Source: Octopus vulgaris
Taxonomy: Eukaryota
NCBI GenBank assembly: GCA_951406725.2
Contig: OX597824.1
Location: 36,146,001-36,210,000 of the forward strand
Reading direction: 5' to 3'
DNA length: 64,000 bases
Program-made: the position numbers and the translations under genes
The notes under the pieces: generated by a model
Seen by the model: only the letters and a program-made list of their open reading frames with translations
Database searches by the model: none
Told to the model about the DNA's origin: nothing
Shown: positions 25,447 through 40,145 of the stretch, in pieces
Position numbering within the stretch: position 1 is the stretch's first letter
Layout: each line of letters begins with the position of its first letter

Positions 25447-28400
25447 AAGAATAGATAGAATTCTAAGAATCCATCTCAGAAAATGTTTAACTACTTTATA
25501 TTGTTAATAAACTTTAATCAAGTGCTAAAACAAATATGAATGTGGTCATTTGTATTTAACAACAGGAAGATAAGGAGGACATCCATAAAAAAACTGAAAT
25601 TTTAATTCAACAAAGTTTTGTTTTCTTCATCTTTTAAAATTTATATTGGACAAGATGGCCCAATAGAGAATGACAAAAAAATAAGGAAAAGTAGTGATTT
25701 TGGCATCACTAGTCTTCCATAGTTGATATCCCAATCTCTAAAGAGATCCTTGTCATAGCCAAAATTTTTAATATTTCATCCCATTATGGTGGTGAGCTGG
25801 CAGAACCATTAGCATACTTGGCAAAATGTTTGGCAGCATTATGTCTATCTTTATGTTCTGAGTTCAAATTCCACTGAGGTCAATTTTGCCTTTCATCCTT
25901 TCAGGGTTGATAAAATAATTACCAGTTGAACACAGGAGTCGATGTGATCAACTTATCCAATCCATCAAAATTGCTGGCCTTGTGCCAAAATGTGAAACCA
26001 ATATTTCATCTCATTGGCAAAATTCATTTTTTATATGAATTTGCATCCTGAGATGAATCGATCTAACAAGTTTAATTCAGCATAAACCCTCTGTCCTAAC
26101 AAAAATTTCAACTACTTTGTTAACACTATTCTTTACATAACCAAAAGAAACCTATTAGGAAAGAACATTTCAACACTTATTATAAAAACTATCAGATCAA
26201 AGTGCCTTGATGAATAATATATTTTCATTTGAATAAAATGTTATTCTCCACATAATCTTTTCTATCAATTTCTCATTTGGATTCTCCTCCAACACATTGT
26301 GAATTCTTCCACCACTCAACAATAAGAAACTTTAAAACCTTCTTATTCTGTTAAATAAGAAAAGTTTCTTTTCATAAAGTAATGTTTAGAAAACAACAGT
26401 TAAGTTCAGTTCACATTTGCATGTGGAAACACCTCTGTGTTGTCTGACAGGGAGATTAAACAAGTGAAAGGGTGTGTGTCAATGTGCTGTTTGTTGGCTG
26501 GTCACTGCAGGAAGTGGGAGAGAAATAAAAAGAGAATGTATGCACATGTTAAAATACATTTGCTCAGAGATCAACCATGAGCTAGAGCCAACTAGCTTTT
26601 CTTTCTGATTAATTTCCAAAAATAGCTTCCTTATATAATATACATTGGGCTGCAGGGAAGAAGTGGCTAGGAAATTTCTGAGTATACTGACTGATATTTT
26701 ATAGCCAATGAAAATAGTCAAGCTCCCTTTGTTAGATCTGCTCATTTTGGCACACATTTACATTCAGTCAATGGGATCTTGTTTTATAGATTCAGCTATA
26801 GCTACAAATGATGGCCAAATATACTGAAAACCAATGTATTAACATAACTGTGTAAGTGAAAGACCAAAACAAACGATTATGGAAGACTAGAAATGGCAAA
26901 AATAACAAGTAACTTGCCCATTGAAAACAGCTGCAAAAAGGGGAAAGAGACAGGAAGAAATGTTGAGGTATCACTTCTGATTTAAGAGAAGGAATAGACT
27001 GCGTGAGATTGGTGTTCTTATGCTGAGTTTGGAAAGCTGAGGATTATTGCATTGTGAGAAATTCATAAGAAAGTAATACATTCTGCAGAATGGGTTGAGG
27101 TGGTGGGGTGGGATATGTAAATTAATGACTGCATTACTACTTCCTGGCTGTTCATGTCTCAACAAGATTTGTATTAAACTGATGACGAAATGAAAGAGAA
27201 CTCAAAAACATATGGTTTCTGGGGAGATATTTTTGGCTAAGAAGTATGTGAACCAAAGGCTATCTATAGTACATTATGAAGTACATTGTAAACTACATGG
27301 CAAAGCTCAAGTTATTTATACATGATAAAGTACATGATTAAGCTAAAGTTATTTACAATGTTCCTAATGTTTTTATCAACCTGTAGTATGCAAACTTGTC
27401 AGTTGAAACTTCTTGGTAACCAGAACTAACCCCTTGCCCAAACATCTTCAGATAAAAAAAATCATATCAAATAGTGCTGTTGGCACTGTATGCTCAAGTA
27501 TTTGTTATATATCTTTTGTTGTCAACCACCCACTGGACACCAACTCCAGGCTAATCTGAAATCCTGGATACTATCAGATTTTGCTACCACATGGTGGACC
27601 TTTTCAACCTTCCTAAGTGATTTACTATCTCAACACCACCCAAGCTCAACACGCCATGCTTTTACAACTCCACTGCTACAATAATACTGTAATCAAAGCA
27701 GCTGGCCTCATCATCATCTCTGTTAGCAATTGCCCCGTCACACTTCCAAATGGCTTGATAGAATTTTCCTATTCATTGTTTCTTTCCTCCCCCTCCCCCT
27801 CCATCTATGTCACTAATCCTGTAATTTGCCTTTTCAACTCCTCCCTCATCCTTGGATCCTCCTTTCTCCAGAACACTTTTAATATTAAATCCTGAAACCC
27901 TGTTATCACATACAATTATGGTCTTCTCACCTTCAAATACTTCCTAGACCATTGCACCACTTTTAAACCCAGCACCTTCCTTTCTCTTCAGCTAATCTTC
28001 ATCCTTTCTAATCTTCATTATCCCATAACTAAATACTCATAGTTGCTGTCAATATTAGACCTCACAGTCTCTGATAAAACTGATTTCAAATTTTGGCACA
28101 AGGCTAGCAAATTTGGAGGAGAGAGTAAGCTGGTTACATTGACTCCAGCCCTCCATTATTACATATTTTATCAACCCCAAAAGGATGAAAAACAAAGTCA
28201 ACATTGGTGGAATTTGAATTCAGAATGTTAAGACAGACAAAATGCCGCGAAGTATTTATTCCACTAAGTATTTTCTACCAGCTCACTGCCCTAATATTGA
28301 GTTTAACCCTTTAGTGTTTAAACTGGCCATATCAGGCCAACATTGCCTTCCTGTTTTATGCTCAAACTAACCAGCTCTGACCTCTCACACCTACCCTACA

Positions 28401-30150
28401 AAGTCATTCTAAAAATAAACAGGGTCATCATCGAAATATCAGAGTTACAAGATGCTGTACAATTAATTTAAAACAATGTAATTAAATAGGCTTTACATTT
28501 GACAGAGTAATCTGAATGCTAAAGGGTTAAAAATTCTTTTGGTAGAAAGGGTTGATAGCTACCTGAGGGACAATCTCTGGTAATATTACCTGGTAATACT
28601 TTGGACTTAATACAGTGAAATCTGCGTCTTAAAGATTAACCTTTGTCTTTGGGGGTCAGAAAATACTTATCAACTGCTGACCCTCTAAAAAGGTTAAGAG
28701 AGATCTTCAATGGAGTACTACTCACACATTTGGAATGATGCTGTTACTACACGCACACACACATCGTAGATGTATCCAAAAGATGGTTATCTAATCTAAT
28801 TGGCAAAGACTCATTCACAAACACGACAATCTCTTACAAATGTCTATGCTGTTTCCTGCTGCTGCCCATCCCAGTGTGTATTACATCTCCAGTTTGCCTG
28901 TAATCTCTCAAACCATCTGGCTTAAAGCCTCCTTCCATAATGACTCATCTCATTTATCTCTTCTCTTCTTCATGTCGCTCTTTCTCTGCCTCTGTTTATG
29001 AACATTTCCCCCTCATCTATATCAAAGTAAAAAAAAAAAGTGTATGTATGTGTATTTGCCACTATGACCTTCAGGTTGACAGCTGAAGGTCTTGTTATGT
29101 CCATCTTATTTTTATCCTTGACCAGTGGCATAGTTAGAGAGTGTGCCACTCCCATAACAGTGTCTTTGCCCTCCCCCTCCGCTCAATTGCTCCTTTTAAC
29201 TGCACCCCTAACTGTTCCCTTAACTGCCCACTAACTCCTCCCACCAACTGATCCCCTAACTTCCCCCACTTACTCCTAACTGCTCCCACTTACACCTCAC
29301 TGCCCCCATTCCCTCCTCACTACCCCACCAACTTCCATCCTCACTGCCCTTCTCACTGTTCCCAGCTATACTACTATCTATGATTTAGGTTTCCATTGTT
29401 CTCTGTGCTTATTCATTTATTTTCTATAATTTTAATATCCAGTTTTTCCATTTTAATTCTTATTTGTTTCTTCTTTTATTTCCTTTAACATGTAGACATT
29501 TGTCAGAACATGGAACGAACCACAAAGTATCTCTTCATGTCCTCAAAATTTTATCCAATAAAAGATTGTCCAGTTAATTTGACAACTTCCACTCAAAACC
29601 CTCACCCATTTTTCAATGTATAGACAGACAACCCCATTCTTATGTCAGCCCCTGTTTCTTCTCTTATTCCATTCCACATTCAGTTTTCCTTTCTCTAGCT
29701 CTAATTTCCAATCATCATTGTTATAAATTTTAAGATGCAAAACACTAAATACAACATTAAAGATAATTGATAATGGTAATGACAAAAATAATTTTGTTGT
29801 CATCATTAACAATTTACCTTTTGACAAGCTTAACTGATAAAGCATACATCAAATAGACTCCAATAAAATAATGTTGTGTCATAGTGACATGCTAATTGTT
29901 GTCCTCTTTTTAATCGACAGTCATTACCAACTATTTCACAAAGAAACATTCAACACTCTGCTACAGGAGAGAATCTTCATTTGCAATGCAGAAACAGTGG
30001 AAAATACTTATTTGTAAGTAATATTTTTCCAGCATTATTACTTTATACATACTGTATGGCACATTGGGCAAATGTCTTCTACTATGGCTTCAGGCTGACC
30101 AAAGCCTTCTGAGTGGATTTTGTAGACTGGAACTGAAAGTTGCCCATTAC

Positions 30151-30224
<74 letters not shown>

Positions 30225-30235
30225 TATATATATAT

Positions 30236-30676
30236 GGATCTTTTCGGTTTGAACGGCAGTTTTTTCTAACGGTGTCATATGAAATTGTTACCCATAATTA
30301 TGACCCTAGTATCGATCTATTGCATTTCAATCTGTTTTAGGGTTAGAGTTAGAGATAGTTAGGGTTGGTTAGGGTTAGGGGTGGAGGGAAGGGTATCTTT
30401 TTTTCTTCAGAAAAGTAAATAAACCCAATCTGTTTCTTAAACGAGGGACATATTCATACAGCACAGAATGTTTTCACCTCAATAGATGTCATTGATTGGT
30501 TGAAATTGCAGAAATTGAAGAAAAAAACCAACAAATATCTTACAAACTATAGAATTTTCTCAATAAAGCCAAGAGAAAAAGATGTTTTATAAACACATTC
30601 TACCAGTATACGAAGTTTAACAGTGTTTAGTTATGTGGAAATTATTTTAAAAAACTGCCGGTCAAACCGAAAAGAT

Positions 30677-30678
<2 letters not shown>
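30236..30678. mobile_element. GGATC-ended MITE, copy 3 (opposite orientation), inserted in (TA)n
   Basis: Same TIRs and internal sequence, with an expanded TTAGGG-like tract at about 30337-30382. Confidence 0.88.
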
Positions 30679-30711
<33 letters not shown>

Positions 30712-30813
30712 GGAGTAAACACATAAATGTGAAACAAGGTGGAAAAAAGAGTACTCAAATACCAGTGGTAGAGTAATATGCTTTATTTTAAGCAGCAGAA
30801 AATTCAACAAAAT

Positions 30814-30851
30814 CTGTTACTCTGAGTTTCTCGTTGCCGTTCATCAGACAG
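30814..30851 (-). ncRNA. Type I hammerhead ribozyme with a canonical core, in a ~180-bp PLE-type remnant embedded in (TA)n (about 30710-30886)
   Basis: Minus strand: CTGT-CTGATGA-ACG gcaa CGA-GAAA-CTC a GAG-TA-ACAG. Confidence 0.75.
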
Positions 30852-30882
30852 TTTTTGCTAGAATGGAACTTATATATTAATT

Positions 30883-30937
<55 letters not shown>

Positions 30938-31549
30938 TATGTGGGTACAGGACATCACCAACTGTGTAAACAACATAAAGTACAAAAACAAATGTGTTAA
31001 ATACACAGACACAGAGAACGGCCCTTCATCAGTTGTCGGTTGTCTATCTACTCCTCATTTCAAGCTTTCCATATATGTTTTTTATATTTTTTATCTTTTT
31101 GTCTTTTACTTGTTCCAGTCATTAGACTGCGTCCATGCTGGGGCACTGTTTCGAAGAATTTTTAGCTGAATGAATCGACTCCAGTACTTTTTTTTTTTTT
31201 CTTGAAGCCTGGTACAGAAATTTTATTGATATCTTTGGCTGAACTGCTAAGTTACAGAGTTGTAAACACGCCAACACTGATTGCCAAGCAGTAGTTGGGT
31301 CAAACGCACGCACACAACACACACACACACACAAAAAAAAAACAGTACTGAATGTATTTATGTCTGCTCCAAGCTGTCGGCTACAGTTTTGCATTAAGAT
31401 AGATGATATTTTGCCTAGACTCATGTCTTGCGTCCGGAAAATTTGTTTGGGCAATTGTCTTTTACTATAGCCTTGGGCTGACCAAAGCCTTGTGAGTGGA
31501 TTTGGTTGACGTAAACTGAAAGAAGGCCATCGTATATGTATGTGTGTGT

Positions 31550-32570
31550 TACTATAAGTGTTATGTCCATCTGTCTGTCCGTTTCCGCTTCATGGTCCAA
31601 CGGCTAGACCAATGGCCACCATGTTTTTCAGGATTATGAAAAGGTATGATTATTTAGTAGATATTGGGTTTTGTATTAATAAATCACCTTTGATTTTTTT
31701 TGTTAAAATTCCGGTGATAAGGATTAACTCTGGATTTTCATCGTATAGTTCATGGGCTCATCGTAGATATGAAGGGGGTTGCGAGGACGGTTACTAGCGA
31801 AAATAAAATGGGAAAAGTGTGTGTCAGTATATAAAGTGTGTGATTACTTAGTAGTTATTGAAGTGTGTCAGTCTTGAGCAGGATTCGAAATGGCTAATCT
31901 AAGTGGCTGTTGTTTACATCTCAGTTTTGTCAATCAAAATAACACACGCTACCAGAACATCCGGACATTATTTGCATAGAACAGTGAGCGGTAAGTCTTA
32001 GTTTGTTTTTTGTAACCCTCAAGATTTCGCTCACACATTCACAGCAAACAAGGCACAGGGCCACGCTTTAGATCGTGTAGGTGTATTTTTACCCACTCCG
32101 ATGTTTACACACGGCCAGTTATACATCGCTATGAGTAGAGCAACGGACTCCAGGGATTTGAAAATTGTTGTTGTTTGTTCCTTCTCGAGCCCCGCCTGGC
32201 TCAAAAGGGCCAGTTTCCCGGTTTCCTTGGCGTATAGGTTCCCCACCTGGACGGGACGCCGTTCCGTCGCAGGTGAGCTGCAAGATGCAGGAGGAAAGAG
32301 TGAGAGAAAGTTGTGGCGAAAGAGTCAGCAGAAGTTCACCATTACCTTCTGCTGGAGCTACATGGAGCTTAGGTGTTTTGCTCATAAACACACACATCGC
32401 CCGATCTGAGATTCGAACCCACGATACCTCGACCGCGAGTCCGCTGCTCTAACCACTAGGCCATGTGCCTCCACGATTTGAAAATTAGTGTCGACCAAAC
32501 AGAAAATATCATCTACAAAGAAGTTTCGTAATCATATTTTCGAAAGGAATATCATTCATAATCTAAATAA
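31550..32570 (+). mobile_element. Internally deleted Helitron retaining the helicase C-terminus
   Basis: TANKAQGHALDRVGVFLPTPMFTHGQLYIAMSRATDSRDLKI | SVDQTENIIYKEVS* (C-terminal PIF1-like helicase motifs), split by a SINE. Confidence 0.75.
32167..32474 (-). mobile_element. Young tRNA-derived SINE with (AAC)n tail; second copy at 37030-37333 (+)
   Basis: A box TGGCCTAGTGG and B box GGTTCGAATC; 12-bp TSD GATTTGAAAATT (32155-32166, 32475-32486). Confidence 0.92.
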
Positions 32571-32594
32571 GGAAATTTGTGAACTTTGAATGTA

Positions 32595-34047
32595 CACAAC
32601 CGCAAAAGAAAGGCAAGACGTGTGTGACTGTGAAATATGTTTTAATTTCATTATGTCAGAGATAAATTTGAATAAATCTGATAAAGTCAGTTTCATGGAT
32701 GCACTTTGACCACAGTCTATGGGTCGTTGTCATGTGTTCTGGTAATGGGTGGATCCAGCACATCGAGATTGTAGGGTGTGACATGTTCAATACTGTATAT
32801 GTCCTCCTTAGGTGTTCAAGACAGCCATACACCATCGGTACATGGACTGCATGAAACAGTTCACAAAAGCCATTGGCACCTGTGCCCACACCCTGAGGAA
32901 AGCTGCCTCCAGTTCCACATGCGTTGTTGGCCTTCGGACCACCTGGTTCAGCCATCTCTGGATTTCATTCCTTAGGTATTCGGTTGGGTTCAAATCCGGG
33001 CTGAGAGCTGACTACGGTGCGGTTCTGACACTGTACTGATGCAGGAAGTCTATCGTGACCCTATCCATATGGGAGGGAGCATTGTGCTGCTGGAACACAT
33101 GGCTATGGTGATGCATGAAGAAGGGTATGATCTTAGGTCTTAGGATCTGGTCAACGTTGCGCTGCGCTGTGATGCCATTCCCTCTGCCTGCACCAACATT
33201 TTGGAATACAAAAGGCCCAATTCTCTGATTCAGGTCTATAACACCCCAAACCATGATGCTTTGGCCACCCCATGTTTCTCTCTCCGTGACACATGTGTCT
33301 CTGTAGCATTCACCCCTCCTACACAACACCCTCACTCTACCATCTGAGGTGGCAACACAGTACCAGTTCTCGTTAGAGAAGACTGTCGACCTCCATTGTT
33401 GATGTCACCAATGTCGGTGCTGTGTAGCCTACTGTAGTCATGCCTGATGGTGATGGGTGGTGAGGACAGGCCCTCAAGCAGGATGACGGCAACACGGGCC
33501 ACTTGACATCAAACCATGTCATTGCTGATGGGTCACTGTGCAGTGCCAATCATCTCTCGAGTTATCACGTTGGCTGGTTTGAAGTGATCATGGAGGTGTT
33601 GCAGGTGGATGAAATGGTCCTGCCTGAGCATGGTCACCTGGGGGCGCCCTCTGCAGGCATTGTCTGCAGTGCTGTTGGTATTGTTGTATCCCTATTACAG
33701 GCAATAGATAGTGCTGACATGGACATTATAAGCTTACCTGATGCATCCAAATTACAAATGCCAGGAACGCAGTTCAAGTTGATTTTTAAACCCATAACCT
33801 CCACGAGATGCTTGTGCATTTCGGTTTTCATGACAATTGTTTGCGACTGCCACCCACGGCATTCAACGCAGCTGTGTTTTGGCATCTCATTTCAGGGATG
33901 GTTGACAAGTTACCTGCAATTTGGGCCTCAGCCATAAACCAACATATCTTGGAATATTTACTTTTACACCCGCAAAATAAATTTTCAGAATTTACCATAC
34001 AAAAATGACATTTGAAAAAATTTGCATTTCTTTTGCAGTTCATTGTG
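32595..34047 (-). mobile_element. Tc1-like DNA transposon, degenerate transposase
   Basis: WGGQSIMVWG, VFQQHNAPSH and SPDLNPTEYLRNE motifs; imperfect TIRs CACAA..CYGCAAAAGAAA.GCAA flanked by TA. Confidence 0.85.
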
Positions 34048-37000
34048 TAAGACAATAAACAAGCATAAAATAGTGTAAACAACTAAAATAAAAGTATATC
34101 TAAATTACATTTTTTCTTAATACTTTTTATGCAGTGGTCAAAGGAAGCTCTGGCTTTCATTACGAGTGGGTCACATAACCACTCATGATACAGAGGCTGA
34201 GAACCTCTTTCAGTTCGGGAGTGAATTGTCATCACATGTCACTTAGTCACAAACACATGTCATATAGCTGCAACAGAATGCTGTATCACCAACAATAATG
34301 TGATTTCTCTAAGACATCACCCAGTAATCTATCAAGTCCATTTACACATTTCTCAATACATACTGCTGTCATGACTTTCCTTCCTCATTTTATGCCTCCA
34401 TATATATATATTTAGCATATTTCCAAAAGTCTTGGTCACTAGTCACCAAGGAAATGACTAGTGACCGAGACTTTTGGAAATATGCTGTGCTTGAGAGACC
34501 CGGCAAGCCAAATGAGACCATAACCTCGTGGCCTATGCCAGGAGTGTAACCAGCCCACTTATGCATACCTTTTCCTTCTTTGGACACTAAAACTCTGCTT
34601 GCGAAGACCTGTTGAGGCAAGTGAAATCAAAATCAAAATCAAATTCGATGACTGGCATCCGTGCTAGCGGGGTGCACAGAGCACCATATGAGTGTGATCG
34701 TTGACAGAGCGGCTAACCGAATTCCGTGCCAGTGGCACATAAAAGGCACCATTCAAGTGCGATCGTTACCAGCATCGCCTTACTGGCACCTGTGCTGGTG
34801 GCATGTGCAAAAAGATTCGAGTGAGGTCATTGCTAGTACCACCTGACTGGCACCCGTGCCGGTGGCACGTAAAAGCACCCACTACACTCTCAGTGGTTGG
34901 CATTAGGAAGGGCATCCAGCTGTAGAAGCTCTGCCAGATCAAGATTGGAGCCTGGTGCAGCCATCTGGTTCACCAGCTCTCAGTCAAAATCGTCCAACCC
35001 ATGCTAGCATGGAAAGTGGACGTTAAGCGATGATGATGATGATGTGTGTGTATATGTGTGTGTGTGCATGTGCATGTATGCATGTGTGCATGCACCTGTG
35101 TCTACTAAGCAACATGATGGATTTTAAAAAATCTACACTGGTGTGACTGGTAGAATCTTCAAATGTAAATACCCACAAATGTAAATACCCACAATGCCCA
35201 AAACATATTTTGGAATATATACAAAAGAAACACATCTTTCCAAACGCATCTGACAGTTAAAAGAAAATAATCATTTATATAAAATGTAAAATAATACATA
35301 ATCATACATTAATGGTTCCTGAATTTCCCTCCTGTACACCAGAAAATAAAGTATCACATAATCACACAAAACACATGCTCCCTAAACAAGAGGAATTGAA
35401 ATCATAACATATAGCAGACAATAGATGTATATTCATCTTCAAAAAATGGTCCGAACTCAAAGTGGATAAGACAGCTACTAAGTGGCCTAAACTTCACCCT
35501 CAGAAGTGAAACAAACCACCAAGTGGCCTAAACTTCATCCTCAAAAATGAAACAAGAAACAGCTGATCAAATTAAACTCACATACATGCACAAAGATAAA
35601 TGGAAAACACACACACACACTCACATGCACAAATATACCGGCGAGGCCGTTCATGTCCGTTGCCAGCCTCGCCTGGCCCTCGTGCCGGTGGCACATAAAA
35701 AGCACCATCCGTTCGTGGCCGTTTGCCAGCTCTGTCTGGCACCTGTGCAGGTGGCACGTAAAAAGCACCCACTACACTCACGGAGTGGTTGGCGTTAGGA
35801 AGGGCATCCAGCCGTAGAAACACTGCCAGATTTGACTGGGCCTGATGAAGCCTTCTGGCTTCACAAACCCCAGTAGAACCGTCCAACCCATGCTAGCATG
35901 GAAAGCGGACGCTAAACGATGATGATGATGATGATGAATTTTACAGTATAACAATAAATTTATCTATGGAAACATGCACACAAGCACACTTAAATATCTA
36001 TAACACCAAAATACTTGTTCTCCAATGAAAAAAACCAAACAAAAATTCTTAATTAGTTTAAAAGACAGTTTCAGAAAGCTACACTGAACGCCCTACCCCA
36101 TAAAACATCTTTCAAAATTGACCAAAACAAAATACCTATTAGTAATAAGCAGCCAGTCATGATATTCACATGCATAGTGAAAATTACTGAACCATATCAA
36201 TATATAAGATAATAAACAAACCTAACCACAACACATATATACACAAATACATGCAAAGACTTATAATTCAAAAGCATTTGCTCTCCAATGAAATTAGCAA
36301 AAATTTATTAATTAGTTAAACAGGCAACTTGTATTTGTGTGTGTGTGTTTATGTGTGTGTGTGTATATGTGTGTGTGTTTGTGTCTGTGTTGTACCCCCA
36401 CCATCGCTTGACAACTGGTGCTGGTGTGTTTACATCTCCATAACTTAGTGGTTCAGCAAAAGAGATTGATAGAATAAGTACCAGGGTCGATAGATTTGAC
36501 TAAAAATTCTTCACTGTTGTGCCCCAGCATGGCCACAGTCTAATCACCAAAACAAATAAAATTAAAAAAAAACAAAACAAGAAGACACCCCAAGTTTTAC
36601 ACTCCATAAAGAAACCTTTACTGTTGACAAAAAAGAAAATTCCAATACATTAAAAAAAGTCACTCAACCCTGAAATACCAGATACATTATCAGAAACTCC
36701 TCCATAAAGAAATAAATCTTTAATTAGTTTTACAGTTAAAAATAACAAGTGTCACATCCACAAACGAATCATTAAGATTTCCCAATAAAACAAATGTGAA
36801 AGAAGAACAAAATGAATTTGTGGGCAACAAATCAATGACACAGAAAACAGCTGTGAAAAATTGGACACAATAGTACACACTTGAATTTTTTCACAGACAA
36901 TTCAAGAGTTGAGTTCAACAATGATGCAGATGCATCACTTGTGATGGAGACTATATTGAATATAACTTTCGTATAGAGGAAGAGTTACTCTGTCAATGGA

Positions 37001-39526
37001 AGCAAGTTGAATGACCTATGTTAAATAAAGGAGGCACATGGCCTAGCGGTTTGAGCAGCAGACTTGCGGTCGAGGGATCGCAAGTTAAAATCTCAGACCA
37101 GGCGATGTGTGTGTTTATGAGCAAAACACCTAAGCTCCACGCGGCTCCGGCAGAAGGTAATGGCGAACTTCTGCTGACTCTTTCGCCACAAATTTCTCTT
37201 ACTCTTTCCTCCTGCATCTTGCAGCTCACCTGCGACGGACCAGCATCCTATCCAGGTGGGGAACCTATACTCCAAGGAAACCAGGAAACCAGCCCTTATG
37301 AGCCAGGCGTGGCTCATGAAGGAACAAACAACAATGTTAAATAAAAGAATGTTATGTCACTTTTACGTTATTTCTGGTATAACCTTGTATTTATTATATA
37401 GTTAGGTATGCAAAATATGATATATATAAAATAATATATATATAATGACTGGCTTCTGTGCTGGTGGCACGTGACCTGCTGTGCTTGAAGAGACCTATTG
37501 AGTCAAGTACATCGATATCAAAATAAATATCAAATGGAAATTGTAGTTGTGATCCAAATGTGGCCGAGGCCAGCACCACCTTAACTGGCTTCTGTGCCGG
37601 TGGCACATAAAAAGCACCAACTGATCGTGTCCGCTGCCAACCTCCCCTGGCATGTAAAAAGCACCCACTACACTCACGGAGTGGTTGGCGTTAGGAAGGG
37701 CATCCAGCTGAAGAAACACTGCCAGATCAGACTGGAGCCTCCTGGCTTCCCAGACCCTGGTCGAACCGTCCAACCCATGCTAGCACGGAAAACGGACGTT
37801 AAACGATGATGATGATGATGAATATATATTGCTTCCAACCAATAAGATTTATATAACAGCTAACATCACAGAAAACCAGTGTAATAATGGTTTTTGTTCA
37901 TTCTGCTAAATTAATCAAAATCTTTCTCCCAAATTTATAGTTCAGATTTTGAGACAATTCACATTATTTCTAGGGCTGAACTTTATATGGAAAATTCATT
38001 GCAGATAATTAAATTAAAGCTGAATGTAATAATTCAATTCAACAACAATGAATTTTTATTTGTACTAATTTGGGAATTAGAATCTGCATTACTGAAAAAG
38101 CTTACTAACTGTAGGATTAATAAGATTAAAATCAAGGTAATCACATCAGACACATTGATTATTAAATTTTGGTTGAGTAAACATAAATTATTTTTATTTT
38201 AAAATCAGAATATTATGTATTTTTATTCACAAAAACAAACATTTTTCCAAAGAAAAAATAAGTTTTTTTCAAGTGTTCCATTCTATAAAATCACAAGAAT
38301 ATTTATTTGTATAAAAAGGAAAAGGGGTATTTAATATGTTTAATTATTTTTATAAACTATTATGTACATTTTATTATAGACATTCGTCACTGCATACAGA
38401 CTGTAACCTTATATAGGGTATGAAGAAAATTATATAATGCATCAGAGAGCATTGAATTAAAGGTGCAGCTGTGGCTGTGTGGTAAGAAGCTTGCTTCTCA
38501 ACCTCATGGTTCTAGGTTCAATCCCAATGTGTGGCACCTTATGCAAGTGTCTTCTACTATAGCCTCTGGCCAACCAAAGCCTTGTGAGTGGATTTGATAA
38601 ACGGAAACTGAAGGAAGCCTGTTGTATATGCATGTGTGTTCGTGTCTGTGTTGTATCCCCACCATCGCTTGACAACTGGTGCTGGTGTGTTTACATCTCC
38701 ATAACTTAGTGGTTCAGCAAAAGAGATCGATAGAATAAGTACCAGGCTTTAAAAAAAATAAGTATCAGGGTCGATACATTTGACTAAAAATTCTTCAAGG
38801 TGGTGCCCCAGCATGGCCACAGTCTAATCACTGAAACAAATAAAATAAAAAAACAAAAAAAGAAGAATGTATTTCTAGCTTGCTCTTAAAAACAATTTTA
38901 GTGTTTCAACCTCTGGACAGAGCATGTGAATTAAATATAAGAAGGATTATAATTTTGACCAATGTATATATCATCAGCTTCATACTTAAATTGCCAGATC
39001 TACTCCACCAAATAATATGCTCTCAACCTGAGTGAGAAAGTGTACATAGTTTTAAATTCACTGATACTAATTTGAACTTGACTGATTCAGAAGGCCTCTC
39101 CTTCTGTTATTAGAACCACTTGTTGCTACTTGTATTAATCCTTTTGAATTTACACTGGCCATATCAGGCCAAAATTCTACCTGGTTTGTATTTAAACAAG
39201 CCAGATCCAGCCTTTTATGCCAACCCTACAATGTCATTCTAAAAATAAGTGATTAGATCATTGATATCTTAAAGCTATAAGGTAATGCATGATTAAATCC
39301 AAACAATGTGAATAAATAAGTATTGCATTTTGCAGAGTAGTCTGAATGCTAAAGTGTTAATATAAGATTGGAAATACTCTTTGATACTATGAAGTTGTAG
39401 GTATATTAAATATTGTAAAAATCATGCTTATGGTAAGGCATCAATAGAAAATTTCATATGAGATATGCTGATACTGTTCATTTTGCAGTTAGGTTTAAGA
39501 TATATCTTCTTATACTGACAAATTTT

Positions 39527-39556
39527 ATGACCTGTAATAAATACTGGATATTTATG
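39527..39556 (+). CDS. CPQ: Candidate CPQ start exon (MTCNKYWIFM..., signal-peptide N-terminus); donor and phase unresolved
   Basis: Acceptor TTTTGCAG at 39488, then ATG and hydrophobic codons. The best donor (GTGTGT, 39557) is phase 0, whereas the next exon needs phase 1. Confidence 0.3.
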
Positions 39557-40073
39557 GTGTGTTGGAGTTATTTCTACATCAATATCGTTGATGCTCATTC
39601 AGTAGAGAAAAACTTATTTAAAATGTTTATAACATTTCCTCTATATGTTGATGTGTCACTTATACACACTCTGTAAAGTTTGTCAATGTCCTTTCTAAAC
39701 ATGTAAGAAAAAAATGATTAAACTCTGTGAGAAACATATTCAGACTTCGGATTGTTCTGTAAAGATAATTTTTATTGGGAGTGTTACTATGTTGACTGTA
39801 TAATAATTGCCCAGTTATCAGCTCAGTATCAATGAGATTAAGATACTAAAATGGTGGCCATGTAATCATAAGTTGAAAATGTACATACAGAGCTGTTGTG
39901 TTGTGACTTAAGACAAGATATATTCTTCAGCTTGGTTTATTCTGTCTAAATGTACAAACTAAATACAAGGCCGTCATGATTATTCTATGATCAATAGTTG
40001 AATATAATTTTTTCACTCAATAATTTCATTTTATGATTGTTTCATTAAAATATTCTTTTCTATTTTCACACAG

Positions 40074-40145
40074 TCGTTGTTATTTCCTTGAAATGTTGTG
40101 TCACAGCACCTATTGACATATATGAAGAAATTAGCAAATATAAAG
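40074..40145 (+). CDS. CPQ: CPQ exon ([23 protein letters not shown])
   Basis: TTTTCACACAG acceptor and GTATGT donor; phase 1 joins G|AT with the next exon. Confidence 0.75.
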
